DNA from: Magallana gigas
Lineage: Eukaryota
Length of the DNA: 64,000 nucleotides
NCBI RefSeq assembly: GCF_963853765.1
Contig: NC_088854.1
Location: 27,528,001-27,592,000 of the forward strand
Direction: 5' to 3'
This document shows positions 60,616 to 64,000 of this stretch, piece after piece. How positions within the stretch are numbered: position 1 is the stretch's first letter; the number at the start of each line of letters is the position of its first letter. A program made the translations under genes and the position numbers. The notes below the pieces were generated by a model. It saw nothing but the letters and a program-made list of their open reading frames with translations, was not told where the DNA came from and did not search any database.

Positions 60616-61194
60616 AAAGAACTATATATGATATTAGTCTTTGGCCCCCAAAATTCGCTATTTTTAAAATGATTCAGGTACATTAATTTGTTGTGTTATT
60701 TTATAAAAGAGTTGACATGAAATATGTTTTTCACCTATTTATTTGATTTATATGCACTCACTGGCAGTATATGACGTCAGAAGTGACGCTATTTTTATAA
60801 TTCAATCAAAATCAACCAAAAATTGACATTTTTCTTATCTTTTTTCGAATGGGAAATATAGAGCGACTCTTTGAACAAGAACAAACTTTTGTCACTTATA
60901 AGTATTGGAAAGATACATCTTTGGTGAAAATATTTTGTTTGTTCAAGTAGTCGCTCAATATTTCCTTAAAGAAAAACTGCCTCAATACAAGCCGTTTTAT
61001 GCTTAAAATGCGAAAATGGCGGGAAAAGGTAACCTTTATGATGTCATATTTTTAAATTGTGGGCAATTAAATCAAAATGAAAATTATGAAAAAACTTCAA
61101 ATGTATATATGTACAAATAAAACAAAGAATCACAGTAAAATGACAATGTTCATTTTAGAGGGCTATTTTAGGCTCAAACCATATATAGTCCTTT
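60616..61194. mobile_element. ~580-bp MITE related to 32502-33083
   Basis: TIRs aaagaactatatatgat...ggccccc / gggctattttaggctcaaaccatatatagtccttt. Confidence 0.7.
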
Positions 61195-61913
61195 GAAAAT
61201 TTAAAGATAACATATATACCTGAGAGTAATTGTAGCAAAAAGAACCGAGATGTTAAGCATAAAAGTCAAGAAATGGTCGTTTGGTTAAGATGTATTTTTT
61301 ATTCAACACATTAAACAATCTTATAAATGACGGATGGTTAAACAAAAGTCTATAATACTCTTTGATTAAATATGAGTATATAGTTTATATACCCTAGGTC
61401 TGGAGACTGGGGATCAATTTGCATCGTATGATAGTTTTTAACACAAGAAATGCAAGTAAATGTTAACAAAAATTGTATGATAGATAATGTTTTCTTCCTT
61501 TTTGTTTGCACTAAAATTACGATTTCGAATTAGTCGCTTAATATTTGGTACTTACAACTTACACAGAGATCATCCTTTTTAAAAATATACAATTGATGAA
61601 AACCAACTACTCTCATGCGAAAATTCAAAATTGTTCGCAATACTCACAAAAGCTTCATCGGCGCAACGCATTCCGCAACGCAAACCAGTCTTCACATTTT
61701 TATCATCTTGGTCGCGATATTTAGTCGCATCAAACCAGTTGAACTCCGGTAAATCGCGAAATTAAGTCGTCGCAAATATAAATTGGTGCATAAACAGAGT
61801 ATATTTAATCATGCTAATTCGATAAGAAATATTCTTTATATATTTTACATCATTCAAAAGTGTCAGACTGCCAATCGAAATTGTTTTGTTTCACTTGTAG
61901 ATATATTATCTCC

Positions 61914-62888
61914 ATGAATTCAACAGCAATGAACAATATGTCAACAACCGACAACGAGAACAATGCTGAAAACTATCCCAGCATGCTTTGGATTGCTCCT
62001 ACGTCATTGGCCCTCCTCATCATAACCGGCAACAGTATGGTCATCGGCGCCTGTTTCCATTTCGCCAAAAGCCGAAGTTATACCTTAAATTTCATTTTAG
62101 CTTTGTCGGTCGCAGACATAGCAACGGGGATGGGTATGGTCTTTAATGTTTTTACAAGAATTAATGCGGATATTTTGTCTTACAAAATCCCATGCATTCT
62201 CTCCTACGAAGTTTTCTTCACTATGGCGTTGATTTCAGTAAACCTCCTGGCTTGTACCACATTTGATAGGTACCTTTCTATCTGCAAACACGAAAGGCAC
62301 AAACAGTGGAACACGAAAACAGCGGTGACGGCCCAGATCTACTGTTCCTATATTGTAGGCTTTATTGTTGGTGGCTTTCCATTTTTGGGACTAAATCGAT
62401 GGGAAAATGGAATGAAATGTGAATTCAAAGAGCTTTACCCACAGGAGTTGTATCTTGTAAAGGCTTCACTGATGTTTCTTGGATTTGGCGTCAGCTTCGT
62501 TCTCTATGTATTCATTTTACGAAAAGCATGGAGAATATACAGTGGTAGACACATTGAAGTCTTACATAATGCAATCGTGCGACAACGAAATAATTTTATT
62601 CAAGCAAAATTGATGGGCATCGTCACCATCTTGAATACGATTTGCTGGCTTCCTTACAGTTCCATTACTTTGGTGTTTGGAATTACTAATCAGTCGAACA
62701 GTGCTGGATACCTGGATTTTGCTCTCTTGCTTTTGGGCTTCACCAATTCCTTGATTAATCCTATCATATATGCCTGGAATCGACCCGACTTTCGCGCTTT
62801 GTGGAAGAAACAGTTTCGTTGCAGACCACAAGTTGAAAACTCTGATGAAGTTCGACCTACCATTATCTTTGTTCAAAGTTATTGCTAA
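61914..62888 (+). CDS. Class A (rhodopsin-like) GPCR, 324 aa, intronless CDS, orphan
   Basis: Seven hydrophobic segments. GNSMV in TM1, LSVAD in TM2, TFDRY in TM3, CWLPY in TM6, NSLINPIIYAW in TM7. An acceptor tcacttgtag ends at 61900, so the real ATG is at 61914, with N-glycosylation sequons NST and NMS. Confidence 0.92.
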   Translation: MNSTAMNNMSTTDNENNAENYPSMLWIAPTSLALLIITGNSMVIGACFHFAKSRSYTLNFILALSVADIATGMGMVFNVFTRINADILSYKIPCILSYEVFFTMALISVNLLACTTFDRYLSICKHERHKQWNTKTAVTAQIYCSYIVGFIVGGFPFLGLNRWENGMKCEFKELYPQELYLVKASLMFLGFGVSFVLYVFILRKAWRIYSGRHIEVLHNAIVRQRNNFIQAKLMGIVTILNTICWLPYSSITLVFGITNQSNSAGYLDFALLLLGFTNSLINPIIYAWNRPDFRALWKKQFRCRPQVENSDEVRPTIIFVQSYC

Positions 62889-64000
62889 AGTTGTGCGTGA
62901 TCCCTATGTTTAAACATCTTATGAGTAGGAGAGTAATTCGCAATGCATAGAATTCATAGACCTTAGTGAAAATCCCCTCATTAAGTCTATCTATTTATTT
63001 TGGAGGTGCGGTGCTCCAGAGGCGGAGCCGATGGAAATAGTCGCTGTCAAGGCGGGTACAATAAACTTGCTTGTTGTCTGAATAGTCAGTATATGTGTAT
63101 TAATTATATCGAAGAAAACTTTGTTTTTCGGCGATGCAAAGTTTGTTGTTGGTAAACAAGCTCGAGTTTTAAAAGCTATATTTTGGAGAGTCAAGAGCTG
63201 TTTTATAAAAAATGAAACGTAGTATAATGATTCTGAAAACAGCTACATTGATGTCCTACTGAGAGGAGGTTTCCAACCCCGTGAACTCCCCTTTGGAATA
63301 ATTACTAATAATTTAAAAAAAACTTCCCAAAACCTGTGGTGTAGAACTCTGAACTGTTAAAATATGATGAATAAATATCAGAAAGTGTTGTACGTACATG
63401 TTTCTGTAATCCCCATTTTAAGTTATTACTAATCCCTATTCTAAAACAAAAAATAACAGAATGAACCCCGTAGGCGCATATGAAAATAAAGGCACATGAT
63501 GGATAGGGGTCTTAGTTTACTAAAATAACAGATTTTTTTTTTTTGGGGGGGGGGGATGGGGAGTCGACCTTTTAACTTGAAATCCTTTTGTACGTACATG
63601 TATATATACATTATTGAATCTTTATATCTAAACGTTTTTTTAGATAGTTTTGGATGCAATGCGTCCTTAATCATTTAATTAAGAGTAGTAAAAAGTTTCC
63701 ATATTAATTTATATACATATTAAGCGTAATCGACATCAATATTACAAGATGTAACAATGCATTTTGTTTTTACGTGATTTTGCTTAGATTTAGTATTTTG
63801 GGTACGATTTTGATGAAGCTACATAGCATACTATGAGAATCGCCGTTTTAAAATCATTCGGAATATAAATTCGAAAAAGTTTTATAACTACGAGTACGAT
63901 TTGTGGACCACGGTACACAATTTGGAGCATAAGTTTATACTCACGTAAGTTTTGTAACATTGATATCAGATCTAACCTAGTTCCCGAGGCCTTCCTTTTG

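Noticed and set aside
61860-61913. N-terminal extension of the GPCR ORF from the alternative start at 61860
   Set aside because: The segment contains a pyrimidine tract and an acceptor ending at 61900, so it is intronic or 5'UTR.

Overview
AT-rich eukaryotic (animal) genomic DNA with spliceosomal introns and dense non-autonomous repeats. The repeat repertoire and gene style suggest a bivalve, probably an oyster (inference). Host genes reconstructed by hand from splice sites and reading-frame phase: the 3' end of tryptophan 2,3-dioxygenase (+), an orphan IAP-type RING terminal exon (+), a 1161-aa SOCS7-like gene (-), a 23-exon 1332-aa ANKIB1 RBR ligase (+) head-to-head with it, a secreted 148-aa protein with two chitin-binding type-2 domains (-, one GC-AG intron), and a class A GPCR with an intronless CDS (+). 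The highlight is a complete, very young 5312-bp Ty3/Gypsy LTR retrotransposon (37068-42379, minus strand) in ANKIB1 intron 8. It has a single intact gag-pol ORF, identical 101-bp LTRs with non-canonical TA...TA ends and a 5-bp TSD (AATAC). It has no tRNA-type PBS. Instead, the 10 nt abutting the 5' LTR are exactly complementary to a 10-mer inside the LTR, which is the geometry of Tf1-type self-priming, in an element that lacks a chromodomain. There is one assembly gap (12964-13102). Repeat boundaries are approximate unless a TSD or TIR is quoted. No database searches were run.
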